From assembly GCA_004431415.1 (NCBI GenBank), contig QPMI01000479.1, forward strand, positions 116,175-180,174: a stretch of 64,000 nucleotides of DNA, in the 5' to 3' direction. This document shows positions 11,101 through 23,992 of this stretch, one piece after another. Numbering within the stretch: position 1 is the first letter of the stretch; the number at the start of each line of letters is the position of its first letter. This stretch comes from Cyanophora paradoxa CCMP329 (Eukaryota > Plantae > Glaucophyta). The translations under genes and the position numbers were made by a program. The notes under the pieces are model-generated. The model searched no databases. It worked only from the letters and a program-made list of their open reading frames with translations, and was not told where the DNA came from.

Positions 11101-11328
11101 TACTTGTGGTAAGATTGCTTGTTATAATAAGATTTCCATCTATTGTTCCCCTGATTTTGGCAAGTAGTTGTTGAGCCACCCTAATGTAACATTACTACTT
11201 GTGAGAGGAGCCAAGAGTTCGTTTAATGTAGCTGCACTCACCTTCGAGACAAGCCATCCCTGAACAGTATTTGAAGAGGTTAGAGGAGCTATTTGAGCAT
11301 TCACAGTTGCTGTATCAGCCTTAGTAGC
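8117..11328 (-). pseudogene. 3' half of the giant fibre gene in the extra unit (chimeric allele)
   Basis: Matches 15255-18470, truncated at the TIR junction, with several 1-nt homopolymer indels. Confidence 0.85.
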
Positions 11329-12707
11329 ACACATATTGAAAAACGAATTTAAATCCCTCGTTCATCTCGATCGCTTCGCGATCTCGATTCACTCTGGATT
11401 TAAATTCGTTTTTCAATATGTGTTAATTTAACTACTAAAATACATATTTATCGATTAATTTCTTTAACTTTTTATGCAAACTTTGTATAAATTAATGCAA
11501 ACTTTGTATTAAAAATGATAAACGCGTTTAATTTAATGCATATTCACGATTGATTCGATCGATATTATATCGATATATTATGTTCTTTGTCGATTACATA
11601 TATAACTTCGATTGATTAACATTAAACTACTTAAAGAACGATATAATCGCGATTAATTCGCATAAATTCGCATAAATTCGCATAAACTCGATATATCTCT
11701 CTGGTATTGAAGTAGACCACCGCCCATTCTGTATCGAAAAACGCAAAAAGTGTCACAGAGTTGCATCATGTCCAATTAAACAATCGATGGAATTGCGGAT
11801 TTACATTTTTGCACCGAAAAAGTGTCACAGAGTTGCATTATGTCCAATTAAACAATCGATCAGATTGCGGGATTTTCTATTGGAATATATCGGAACTGCA
11901 TCACGTCCAATTAAACAATCGATGGAATTGCGGATTTACATTTTTGCACCGAAAAAGTGTCACAGAGTTGCATGGTCTCCAATTGAACAATCGATTAGAT
12001 TGCATATGTTCTATAAAACAGAATAATTGAGATCAAGTGTGACAGGTAGTATTCAAATGATATTCAGTAAGAGATAGTTTTGTTTTTGAGAAAGTCAGTA
12101 AGAGGGGTGGAATGTCTGTGACGCCTGTGACGGCTGTGACGCCTGTTTTCAGAAGTCTGTCATTTTTGAAAATTTTAAAAAGTTTGAAAGTAGGTGTCAC
12201 AGGCGTCACAGGCGTCACACTCAATTAAATTAGGTGTCACAGCGAAATTGCAGACCATTTCCAGTAAGACAACTTCGCATTTTCGGAAAGGTGGATTAAT
12301 GGATAGTGTTTTGTAGGTGTCAGAGGTGTCACAAGACGGATTTCAGTAAGACAAGAATATATTTTTGAATATCTCAGTAAGAGAAAGAGATTCCATTTTT
12401 AATTGGGTGTGACGCCTGTGACGGCTGTGACGGCTGTTTTAAGAAGTCTGTCATTTTTGAAAATTTTAAAAAGTTTGAAAGTAGGCGTCACAGGCGTCAC
12501 AGGCGTCACAGTCAATTAAAGAGGCGTCACAGTCAATTAAATAGGTGTCACACCCGATTATCTGACCATTTTCAGTAAGACCATCTGAAATTCTGAATTT
12601 CTCAGTGTCAACTAACTCGGAAATCGCAATACTCTATGTTTCTCCGATTTCTCCAACCCTGAAAACACACCTGTTATTCTCTCATCTATCTCATGAGATA
12701 CTCTCGT
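11329..12707 (+). repeat. Left TIR of the inner element (hairpin 11329-11423)
   Basis: Reverse complement of 35879-37257; one mismatch noticed. Confidence 0.95.
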
Positions 12708-13013
12708 GGTTTTTCTCTCTGCTTCTAATCCACAACTGAATATATCAATCGCCAACATACCTTCATTTGAGTAACAATGAGCAGTGCAATGGCTCTCATC
12801 CAGCAGAAGAACCATTGCAAAACCAGGAGGAGAAATACCACCATCGAAAATCTCGCAATGCTTGTGAACTACTCGAATACCTTGCTCTTGAATAATAGTT
12901 TGCAAGAACTGCATTAACCACCTGGTTGTTGTCTCCAAGTCCTCCATTCCTACTGCTAATTGGGTTCTGAATTTGTAATCCAGCATCACATGGAAGCCTC
13001 GATGAGTATTCAT
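12612..13013 (-). CDS. speD: S-adenosylmethionine decarboxylase proenzyme
   Basis: Same protein as 5471-5872. Confidence 0.85.
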   Translation of the reverse strand: MNTHRGFHVMLDYKFRTQLAVGMEDLETTTRWLMQFLQTIIQEQGIRVVHKHCEIFDGGISPPGFAMVLLLDESHCTAHCYSNEGMLAIDIFSCGLEAERKTTRVSHEIDERITGVFSGLEKSEKHRVLRFPS

Positions 13014-13053
13014 TTATGAATAATTTAGAAAAATTAAAAACGCGAATGGTAGA

Positions 13054-13203
13054 ATGCGAACCATCTTAGCAAGAGTGCTACCTTATGAGTTGGTGGATAT
13101 CATTCTGCTGCACTACCACAAGACCTGTCCCAGCTGCTTTGACACATGCATAATCACAAAGGGAAAATGGGGAAAGATTCTCATTTCTCTCTCAAAGATC
13201 TAA
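13054..13203 (+). CDS. 49-aa F-box-like micro-ORF
   Basis: Copy of 5913-6062. Confidence 0.5.
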   Translation: MRTILARVLPYELVDIILLHYHKTCPSCFDTCIITKGKWGKILISLSKI

Positions 13204-13471
13204 TCGAAATATAATACTACTGGTTTATCATCTATCACGATTCCTGATGTCGTCTTTTTTCTATATGCATGAGAGGATTTCTTGTTGCATTCTCTGCATC
13301 CACTTCCCTTACATGATTAAATGGGTAGGTTTGCAGGATCTTGTTGCATTTAAGGCATCTAACAGAGACCTTCTCTTGTGCTTTCTTATAGACTGTCTCA
13401 CTATAATCGAATTTAGCATCACCATGAACCATCATTGCAGATTCTATGAATTTCTTTGTTTTATCATCCAT
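13200..13471 (-). CDS. DUF723-like zinc-ribbon protein (homopolymer indels)
   Basis: Copy of 6059-6331. Confidence 0.65.
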
Positions 13472-13498
13472 CCCTCTCTCTATATATACCTGAGATTT

Positions 13499-14328
13499 CT
13501 ATGGAGCAGTATCCTGTCCGAAAATGGGGAAGTAGCGATTTGTGCCGTAATATTCTGCATATGTATTCTGTTTTGCAATAGCATCGGTTCTCTCAGCATA
13601 GAGAATGCATTTGTAGATACCAAACCTGGTGGCTCTCACCAAGAACTGGTAATCTTCAAGACCGAAATTCACTCCATGATAAGCAATTCCGAAATTGTCA
13701 TATGGCGTGATCACAACTGCAATATTTGGGGTTCCACCCTCTACTTGACAGACAGCATAAACATCTGGTGGGATATCGACAACCACCTTGTAGTGGTCAC
13801 CAATCTCAACAAGAGAATCAACTACTGATGTCTGCTCATTCACAACAATTGGGAAGATCTTGATAATATATGGTGCATTCATACTGGGGACATAGGTGCG
13901 AATTCTGGTGTTGGGATCAATGGGATTGGGTTGATCATTTACGAAAAGAGGCGCACCAACAGCTCCACCAATCCGAAGACCATCACCAATATATGCTCCC
14001 CCGTTTTGCAGTTAATAGCTCCCGACCGAGATTCAAAAGAATAAGTAGAAAGAGGATCACCATAACTGTCTGGGTCTCCATAGTGGGCAGAAAAGTTTGC
14101 ATTTGTGACAAGGAGTTTCGTTGTCTTAACTATACCATTATTTTTATCACACCTGAGTTCTTGCAATCTCAGTTTGTGGGTGGAACCAAATGTATTCATT
14201 GTGGGTTGCACTTCTGTGGATTGGAGACCTTCTACATCATCAAAGGTAGCATGCTGCAAAACGTGATTTGCAGGTGCTGCTAATGAGAGTTGGGGTGTAA
14301 TAATTCGTTCTGGTATTGGGGCAGCCAT
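13499..14328 (-). CDS. 276-aa putative structural protein (C5/C6 frameshift near 14000)
   Basis: Copy of 6359-7189. Confidence 0.7.
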
Positions 14329-14351
14329 TTTACATTAAAGTGATATATAAT

Positions 14352-15205
14352 TTATGGGGTTGGGTCATCAATCACATCTGGTTCCTGGTAAAACCCTGTT
14401 GTGAAGATATCTGCAACGTTTACCCTCGAAGTGCCGAAACAGCTGCTATATCTGTCCTCAGTCCCATAATCATAGTATTGTAAACTCCAACCTCAGTTAC
14501 AAACAAATCATAGGTAAATGTCAAATTGTTATAAACACAATATCCTCGACCGAAATGGTTTGATGCTTGAACAAAGAATAGGTAATTATGACCTGTTTGA
14601 TTGTTGTTTGCTCTGCACATAGATAGCATTGCTGTGGGAAGCGGAATATTTCTTCTTACTCGATCAGTTCCTGTTATAATAACCAATTCCGAATTTTCAA
14701 GAGTGACAGAGGAAGCAACATAGAAATGTAGAAAAGGTTGCTGTGCAACTGGTGTATAGAAACGTATTCGTTGGGGATTCTCTACATTTTGTTCAAGAGT
14801 ATCTGGGACATCATTATACGAAATGGAGGATGAGAGTTGACCTGACACTCTGCAACCTCCCCCAATAAATGCTCCTCCTGATCTCACAGTAACAGCAGCA
14901 GTATTCTTGTCGAAATCTAGGGCTTTCAGGGCAACACTGTAAGCATCAGGACCTCCATTTGTAGGCTGGAAGAAGTTAGCATTGGTGACAAGAAGTCGAG
15001 TTGTTTTAACCACACCAGAATTCTTATCAGCTCTCAGCTCTTTTACTCGAATAATCGAATTTTTATCAAAGGAGTTACCATTGGAATTGGGTCTCTCTGT
15101 GGATTCTAAACCACGAACCTCATCATTTACTTCATGCTGGCGAAAATGCATTGCAGGGGATCCAAGGGAATATATAGGCAGTTGAACTCGATTATATTCA
15201 CCCAT
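14352..15205 (-). CDS. 284-aa putative structural protein (frameshift near 14424)
   Basis: Copy of 7213-8067. Confidence 0.7.
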
Positions 15206-15254
15206 TGCTTCTTTTACTAAGAAGGAAAGAAAAATAATGCGAAATATGCATTTA

Positions 15255-18200
15255 TTATGGGATTCCATATGCTGTCCAATGGATTGTGCAAGTAATACTT
15301 CGACTTTCAGATAGAGTAGGGGATGCTATGAATGTCACATAAATTGTTGTATAGGTAGATGTGGAGTTTGAGATTCCAATTCTAAAATCTACATCCCCGG
15401 GGTTTGTTGCAGGAGTTCCTTCAAGTGTGGCAGTTACAACAGGTGTCTTAGTGTAAAAAGCAGGATCCCAATTCAAAACCTGTGCATGCTGTGTTCTCTG
15501 ACCTGCACTTATAGCACCACTGTAAGCTTGAAATTTTCCTGACTTAAATCGTCTTTCTATATCATACCAAGTTGGAAGTTGGCTAATTGTATTGGTGGTT
15601 CCCGAATTCATTGCATAAAATGCCCTTGCATAAGCATTTCCTTTGCAGAGCAAGGTTTTATCATAGAAGTTTGCTGAATTGTGGAAGAACCAAGTTTCCT
15701 CATTTGTAGGCGATGCAGGGGCTACTATTTGACCTGATCCTACATACATAGTATTATTTGCAGTGATTGTATTGGCTGTGAATGGGTCTAAACTTGGGAG
15801 ATCTGTGATTTCTGATTTAGTATGAGTATGGGCGAAATCTGTAATATTTGCCTTTGTGTGAGTATGGGCAAAGTCGGTGATATCTGATTTAGTGTGAGAG
15901 TGAGGTCCGACAGTTGTAGAAGCTGTTGGTTTCCCATAAATGTTATCCCAATGCAAGAAGCCGCTATGTGAGGATACAGTGGGGTTCTTGCTCCAACCTA
16001 CAAGACCCACAAGATAAATCCTTCCTATTCGCCCTTGAACACCCACTTTACTCAGCCCTTCACAATTCACTCCGACATATTGCCTATACTCTACACTTGG
16101 GTCACTACCAGGAGAATAAGCATTTACTCTCGAAAGTGTATAAGAATTCGTTGATGGATAAACTCCCACAACATCGAAGTATCTGCTATTATATTGACAC
16201 ACATAGAAGATATAGCATGTTTTCATTCCCGCAGGGACAGTCCATAACATCTTGTAGCCACTACAATCTTCATCACCAGAAGCCCATGTGTTTGCTCCTG
16301 AGTAAGGAGATATAAATGTGAAAAATCTCCAATCGCCTGTGCGATCTGTTGAAAGACCATTTGTGGCATCAAAGTTGATAGGGGATGTGTATGTTGGTTT
16401 ATTTATCAGATCATCGTAATTTCCTGTCGTTGCAACAGTTGCAAGATTAGGTCTATCTGTGATATTTGACCAAGCATGAGTATGGGTTGCAGGAGGGAAT
16501 GTTAAAGGTTTATCTGTGATATTGTTCCATGCATGACTGTGAGTTTGAAGTGCAACACCCAATTCGGTTTCATCTATATAATTTTTGCTTTGCAGGTAAT
16601 CGTCTGTGACCACACCTGAAAGGGTCTCGTTGTGCAGGTTTTTAGCCGCCATTCTCTGATTGGCTTCAATAGCCCCACCTGATAGCGTTTTAATCCAAGC
16701 GATCTCAGCTTTACTGTAATTATCAGTTGGTTGCCCAACAAGTGGAATATAATTGAGTTTATCCCGAGTGAAAACTATCTTAGGTCTTGATCCATCCAAG
16801 CTGCTTACATCTGTCACATTCACATGGACAGCTGCTGAGAAGTCTTGATAACCCGCAGGATTGGAGGGAACACCGAACCCATCCTTTGGAATATCGTTTT
16901 TGTAATAGCTTGTCACATAGATATTCGGGAAAGTGTCACCCGGGTTAACATACGCCATATCTTGCACTCGAAATTGAGGCAAGCTTCGGACAAATAGAGG
17001 TCCTGTCATTGCACTGCCCGCATCAGCCCCTTTGAGGTGAACATAATGCTCATTCAAAATAGTTCTTTCCGCAATATTGCAGGATTTATAAAGGGAAACC
17101 CCCATATTCACAGGTTCGACCTTTGAGAATTCAGGTTGGTTATTGATCTCATCCCATGTATGCTCATGGGTTGTAGGTGGGAATATTGAAGGTCTATCTG
17201 TGATATTCGACCAAGCATGAGTGTGGTTTTGTATCCATCCCTGCACCACATTGGATGTTGTGTAGTTTGGAATTATAGCGTTTGAACCTACTATTAAATT
17301 TTTAATGTGGACATAGTCAGAAGAAATTCGCAGATTTTCGGGATAATAAAGCGATTGCGTTTTTGGGAAGCCGTAATAATCCTGAATATAGTATCTCACC
17401 CTTTGCTTCTCTTCAAACGTTAATGCTCTATTGAAAATGATGTATTCGGCTATATCACCTATGAAATAGTTAACACCCATCCTACTGAAAGTTGAAGGTG
17501 GAAGGTAATTTGTTCCTGTAAAGGTTCCTACATCTTGTCCTCTGATTCCAAAGGTTATGCTGTTTGAAGTTATGGTGGTGTCCCAATAATTGGCTGAATG
17601 GGAAGCATAATTGGTGTTCACTCGTGGGGCTGTGTAACCCACTCCATTACTTGTGAATGAATACAAACCAAATGATAATGACGATCCATACCCAAACTCT
17701 ATTTTATGGGTTCCATCAGGAGAACCAAAATCTAAATGAACTGTTTGCCAATTTGGTGCAGAGTAGTGACTACCTACATAGAACAGTGTCATGCCCTCTG
17801 ACCAATCAACGGATACATTATAGTTAATGAATGCCGAGGCAGTATATCCACCTGACTTTCTTACTACTTTTTGGTTGTTGAATAAAGGATTTGCTACGAC
17901 AGCACCACTGCTCCCGAAAAATGGGAATGTTATCCCTGAAATAAACGGAACAGCTGATGTTGCCCTATTGGGGATGAACTGTGACTGAGGATTTGTATTA
18001 ACAGGAAGCCCATCCATTCTCATTGTTAAAAGGCATTTCGGTGTGGTTTTGGCAGGGTCAGTGTTGGAAGTAATGGGGTAATAGGGTGGATCATAGTAGA
18101 CATCGATTTCTGTATTTCCGTCTCCTATTTTCAGCTTTCCCTTCACATTCAGGTTACATGTAACTGTAAGATTGCTACCAATCCAAGCGGATCCTGTGTT

Positions 18201-21200
18201 GCTACTGTTTATTGATTTCACTGTTCCATGCACATCCAAATTACTTGTGGTAAGATTGCTTGTTATAATAAGATTTCCATCTATTGTTCCCCCTGATTTT
18301 GGCAAGTAGTTGTTGAGCCACCCTAATGTAACATTACTACTTGTGAGAGGAGCCAAGAGTTCGTTTAATGTAGCTGCACTCACCTTCGAGACAAGCCATC
18401 CCTGAACAGTATTTGAAGAGGTTAGAGGAGCTATTTGAGCATTCACAGTTGCTGTATCAGCCTTAGTAGCAAGCCATCCCTGAACTGTGTTAGAAGAGGT
18501 TAGAGGAGCTATCTGAGCATTCACAGTCGCTGTATCAGCCTTTGGAGCCAACCAACCCTGCACCACATTGGACGTAGTGTAGTTTGGAATGGTAGCGTTT
18601 GAACTAACTATTATGTTCTCAATGTGAACATAATCAGCAGCGATTCGTAGATTGTCAGGATAATACAGTGATTGCGTTTTTGGAAAACCGTAATAATCCT
18701 GAATATAATATCTCACCCTTTGCTTCTCCTCAAATGACAAGGCTCTGTTGAAAATGATGTATTCGGCTACATCACCTATGAAATAATCGACTCCCATTCG
18801 ATTGAAAGTGGAAGGGGGAAGGTAATTTGTTCCTGTAAATGTTCCTACATCTTGTCCCCCAATACCAAAGGTTATAGCATTAGAAGTTATGGTGGTGTCC
18901 CAATAATTGGCTGAGTGTGAGGCATAGTTAGTATTAACTCGTGGAGCTGGGTAACTCACCCCATTACTCGTAAATGAATACAAGCCAAATGATAAAGATG
19001 ACCCATACCCAAATGCTATTTTATGGGTTCCATCAGGAGAACCAAAATCTAAATGAATTGTTTGCCAATTTGTTAATGAATAGTGACTGCCTACATAGAA
19101 CAGTGTCATGCCCTCTGACCAATCAACAGTCACAGAGTAGTTTATGAATGCCGCCGCAGTATACCCACCTGACTTTCTTACCACTTTTCGGTTGTTCAAT
19201 GCAGCATTAGCTGCAACAGTTCCACTACTTCCCCAAAATGGGAAAGTAATCCCTGAAATAAATGGCACAGCTGCTGTCGCTCTATTGGGGATGAACTGAT
19301 TGTAAGGATTTGTGTTAACAGGAAGCCCATCCATTCTCATTGTATAGAGGCATTTCGAAATGGTTGTAGCAGGGTCAGTGTTGGAATTAATTGGGTAGTA
19401 GGGTGTGTCATATGTCACATTCAATAGAGTTCCATAGGTTCCTAATTCGAAGTTGCTGGATACTTTCAGACTGCCTGCAATGGTGACATTATTACTTGTA
19501 TAAATGTTACTTGTGTAAAGGTTGCTTGTGTAAATATTACTATTAACTGTCAGGTTTCCTGTGATTGTCCCACCCACCAGAGGAAGATACTTGGATAATT
19601 CGGCTGCAAGTTCATTTTTAGTTACATAATTTGCGAGCATAGCAAGGGTGACTATATTCACAAGAACAACAGCAGTAAGGTAATCCTCTGTGACTACTCT
19701 CGAAATGCTCTCATTGTGTATGTTTTTTGCTGCCATCCTCTGATTGGCTTCCAGAACCCCACCATAATCTGTTTTAATCCATGCAAGCTCTGCCCTTCCA
19801 TAATTATCATTTGCAGTTCCCACTATGGGAATGTAGGAATACTTATCTCGACTGAAAACTATCATTGGTCTTGATCCATCCAGACTGCTCACATCTGCAA
19901 CATGAACCTGTATAGCTGCATTGTAATTTTGGTAGGTTGCTGGGTCTGTTGGAACTCTAAAAGTATCTGTGGGTATGTCAACCTCCATGTAGCTTGACAC
20001 AAAGATATTTGGTATGGTTGCTCCTGGTTCTGGTGGTGGATTATAAGAGCCTGGTAATGTTCTAATATGCAATGGTCCTATCATAGCTGAGTTTGCAAGT
20101 GTCCCTTCCACATGAACATAGTGGTGATTCAAAAAGATCCTTTCAGGGACATTGCAAGTCTGGTAAAGAGAAACTCCCAGAGTAGCAAGAGGCTCTACTT
20201 TTGCGAATTCTGGTTGGTCATTGATCTCATCCCAGGTGTGTTCATGGTTGCTTGCTGCAAACTTATCTGGTATCCCATCCAGATCACCCCAATCATGCCT
20301 GTGATCCTCTGGTGGGTATTTGTCTGGTTTACCCAAGATCTCATCCCAGTCATGGTTGTGATCCTCTGGTGGATATATCGCTGGTTTATTGTTAATCTGC
20401 TCCCAATCTGGAAAGAACTCCCAAATCTCTGGGCGAAATCCATCTGGTAATAATTCTTCATGGGGTTCATATGGTTGCTCATAATCAACAACTGGTGGTT
20501 CGAGACCATCTGCTAAATATTCCTCATGGGGTTCATAATTCTGCTCATACTCATACTCTTGTGGATCTAAACCATCTGGTAAATACTCTTCCTCATTGGG
20601 ATCATATTGATCATATTCATACTCTTGTGGGTCGAAACCATCAGGTAGGTATTCCTCCTCATCTGGAACGAATTGGTATTCGTCAAGCTCCAAAATATCA
20701 ATTTCAGGAGGTAAATATTGCTCATCAATTTGCTTTCTTGGTTCAATTATCGGTTTATTTCGAACCTGCTCCCAACTCACAATGTGTTGACCAAAAGGAA
20801 CTGTCTCATCTGCTGTGTATTCTCTTCCTGGTTGCTTTTTGGGTGTTAAATCTGGTGGATCCCATGGTAGTGGGAAGGGAACTGGGACAGGTCCATAATA
20901 CTCAAAGATCTCTCTTATGGTCTTCTCACTTACAAGTTTCTCTCCATTTGCATAGACATTGCTTCCATGGATATTTCGCCATTGTCTGGTTCTAATACCA
21001 AGATCTTTGGTGTTTGTCACCAAAGGTAAAAGGTGCCTATCCATTTCGACAAGGTCTGGGTGTAAATGAACTGTTACTGGTTGAGTGGGGCTACTGTTGA
21101 CAGTGATAGACGCCTTATTCTTTGCTGTATCACCAGGTAGTTGGAAACCGAATTGCGCATTAGAAGCCGAATTCGCCACAATATCTCGTGGATAAACATT

Positions 21201-21676
21201 GTTAGTGAACTCGATTTTGTTGGTTTCTCCATGGGGGCTATCTGTAATATTTCGGGAATTTGTGCAATTGCATTTGATCCTTCATTATAGATTCTCAAAC
21301 CACTCTGATGCCCACCCTTCTCATTTTGAACATTGAATATTAACCTACCACTATCGAATCGAGTTGGAATATCTGGATGGGTTCCACTGGTTTTCAGTTT
21401 TCTTGGTCTGCTCCTGGTTGCTTTAATCTGGGCTACTTGATTCGATTTCACATTCCCCATGCTGAAAGCAACACTCACATCCTCCTTTTCGGGATCCATT
21501 TCGTTTATTGAAAGTGCATGCTCTCTTGGGTGAGTCTTTGAGGGTTCATCTGCACTGTGATCAATTGAGATTGACCCTCTGGCTGTCAAGTTATCGAAAT
21601 TCACATGTTTGTTATCTGCCTTCCCTCTTCCTGATGAGGGAATGGTTTGAAGGTTTGCTGGGTAATTGAAACTCAT
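15255..21676 (-). CDS. Giant fibre/adhesin-like protein, ~2,140 aa (G5/G6 frameshift at ~21235)
   Basis: Phage tail-fibre-like HxHxWxxIxxKP and HTHTKSDITDF repeats, YLPxxGGTIxGNL, ATVATTGNYDDLINKP, two LamG-like modules (FIGD[IV]AEYIIFNRAL) and acidic EEYLPDG repeats. The N-terminus is continuous in the copy ending at 40470. Confidence 0.8.
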
Positions 21677-21725
21677 CCCTGTTTACTCTACTTATAGAGA
21701 TTTATTAAATTTGAGTTAAGTAAAG

Positions 21726-23267
21726 ATGCCCCTTCGTGTAATTCTCTCATTATCAGGTGGGGGAGCTCGTGGTATAATTATTACGAGATTGTTAAAAGAA
21801 ATCGAAACTCGAACAGGAAAAAGAGTAATTGACCTTGTTGATCTGGTGAGTGGAACATCCACTGGTGGGATAATTGCGATTGGTCTCAATGTGAAAAATC
21901 CCGAATTTCCAAACGAACCTAAACTTACTGCAACCGATTTGCATTCCACTTATCTCAATCAACTCCCCTTAATCTTTGCAAATCCCAGAAATATTATTGA
22001 TAATGCACTTTTCAACACCAAGTATGATGTGACCCCATTGGAGACAGCCATTCTCACTGTTACTGGTGAGTCTCTCATTCAAGACTCTCTCAAAGATGTA
22101 GTGATCACAAGTTTTGACACTGTGAGTATGAAGCCCATTTTTATCACCAATGATAACTCCTACAAATCCATCCCCAGCAAGATTGCTGCAAGATCCACCT
22201 CTGCTGCTCCAACATATTTCTCACCTGTGAACTATGATGGGATGTCTCTAATTGATGGTGCAATCTCAGGTAACAACAATCCCAGTGTCTGTGGTTACAG
22301 TCATGCTAAGAAGATCTATGATGATGATGATGATATAATTGTGATAAGTATATCCTGTGGTGAAGTCAATGAAACAGATGCTCCAAATGTGGGTTACACT
22401 TATGAAGATGTGAACAGCTGGGGCATCCTCTCTTGGATTGCTTCGACCTCTGGAAGTCCATTAATCAATATGTTGATGGCTGCAAGTGAACTCTCTGCTC
22501 TGGAAAAGATGCAAGAGTTTCTCCCATACAATGATGATCAAGGATATGCAAGATATTATAGACTCTCTGTTCCACTTCCAAAGACCATAGTAAACTCTTT
22601 GGATGATACCTCTAAGATCCCAGATATGATAGATGCAACCGAAATATATATAGCAGCAAACACTGTGATGATTGATAGACTCTGTGATTTACTGGTTGCA
22701 AATTACGAAATCAAGAACCCTGCAAGGTTCTATATATCATCCACTCTGAATAACATACCTCCCATTGATGCTAACTGGTATCTTCTATCAGATGGTGCTT
22801 TCACTGCTTCATCATCAAAAATTGGAAGGGAGGCATTTAAAGCAAGACCTTCTTTAACAGGTTGGGAGGCAAATGCATCTGCTCCTGATGGGATATGGAG
22901 TGTTCCCACTGAGTATCTCCAAGTATCCTTCCCATATATATTTGAGATAGCATCTATAATTGCATATGGTTCTGGTGTGACCAATGCCTTTGTTAAGACC
23001 TTCAATGTTGCAACATCACAAGATGGTGTTTCCTGGTCATTTATCAAGTATGAAGGTGTGAATAGAGTGTTCATGTGTGAAACCATTAATAATGCCCACA
23101 ATAGTGGTGATGTCTCATACAGTTCTGGGTTTCCCACCTCTATTAGAGACGTTTTCTATATTGGCTACCCTCTGAGGACAAGGTATATTCGTATTTATCC
23201 ACTGGTATATATAAATGCCCCAACTATGAGAGTGGATGTGACAGGTGCATTTATTCGAAGTGTATGA
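21726..23267 (+). CDS. Patatin-like phospholipase fused to an F5/8 type C (discoidin) domain
   Basis: LSLSGGGARG, GTSTG nucleophile, SAAPTYF, DGA. C-terminal YLQV...SQDGVSW...TRYIRIYP...MRVDV. Confidence 0.88.
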   Translation: MPLRVILSLSGGGARGIIITRLLKEIETRTGKRVIDLVDLVSGTSTGGIIAIGLNVKNPEFPNEPKLTATDLHSTYLNQLPLIFANPRNIIDNALFNTKYDVTPLETAILTVTGESLIQDSLKDVVITSFDTVSMKPIFITNDNSYKSIPSKIAARSTSAAPTYFSPVNYDGMSLIDGAISGNNNPSVCGYSHAKKIYDDDDDIIVISISCGEVNETDAPNVGYTYEDVNSWGILSWIASTSGSPLINMLMAASELSALEKMQEFLPYNDDQGYARYYRLSVPLPKTIVNSLDDTSKIPDMIDATEIYIAANTVMIDRLCDLLVANYEIKNPARFYISSTLNNIPPIDANWYLLSDGAFTASSSKIGREAFKARPSLTGWEANASAPDGIWSVPTEYLQVSFPYIFEIASIIAYGSGVTNAFVKTFNVATSQDGVSWSFIKYEGVNRVFMCETINNAHNSGDVSYSSGFPTSIRDVFYIGYPLRTRYIRIYPLVYINAPTMRVDVTGAFIRSV

Positions 23268-23715
23268 TACATCAGGACTTCTGATGTATGGTGCGCCAGA
23301 TTATGGCTTTTTTAACAGTAGCTACTGTATTTTCGCATTATTTTACTGTATGTTCCTTACAGTAGAAAGTAGCCGATTAATCGTTTTTTCGCAATATTTG
23401 TATGTAATATATACGTATATGTACTTGATACCTACACCATCGTGTAGATCGTTTCAAGCGCTTTCCAGCGCTATGTCGACGGTCACGATCTGATGATCTG
23501 GTGGTGAGATACGAGCGTTTGAAGATGCCGACAGCCCAACAGTGGGAACGTTAGGCGATGCCGACAGTAGTAACGCGAACCGTCAAGTATATATGCGCAT
23601 ATATACATTTTGACCACAAAATAGCGGATTGGTCGGTCGGGGACTCTGGGGCTCAGGGTCACACGAAATGTATGGTGTATATATATGATGAAACACGTGA
23701 TGTCATGACGTCATA

Positions 23716-23965
23716 CTGGTTGCGCGACCTGGTTGCGATGACGCAACCATGGTTGCGATGATGGTTGCGATGATGCAACCATGGTTGCGCTGGTTGCGCA
23801 ACCTGGTTGCGCAACCAATTTTTTTCCGATTCAGTGGTTGCGCAACCATTTTTTTCCCGATTGAGTGGTTGCGCGACCTGGTTGCGATGATGCAACCATG
23901 GTTGCGATGATGGTTGCGATGATGCAACCATGGTTGCGATGATGGTTGCGATGACGCGCAACCAT
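23716..23965. repeat. GGTTGCG/GCAACC direct and inverted repeat array
   Basis: Many TGGTTGCGATGATGCAACCA-type palindromic units. Confidence 0.9.
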
Positions 23966-23992
23966 TTTTCGATTTATAGAATTATCCTATTG

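Larger units (their letters stand above)
4188..11328. repeat. Extra 7,141-bp left-arm unit (left TIR through fibre 3' half to the insertion junction)
   Basis: Near-identical to 11329-18470. Begins and ends with the same CCTTAGTAGC|ACACAT junction. Confidence 0.9.

Noticed and set aside
4182-11328. A third independent insertion at exactly the same site
   Set aside because: There is no matching third right arm, and the allele switch within the unit is better explained by unequal crossover.
21230-21240. Programmed frameshifting or true pseudogenisation at single-base indels (also ~80, ~9090, ~14000, ~14424, ~33990, ~47897)
   Set aside because: Nearly all are one-base-short G/C homopolymers with an intact counterpart in another copy, typical of long-read consensus error.
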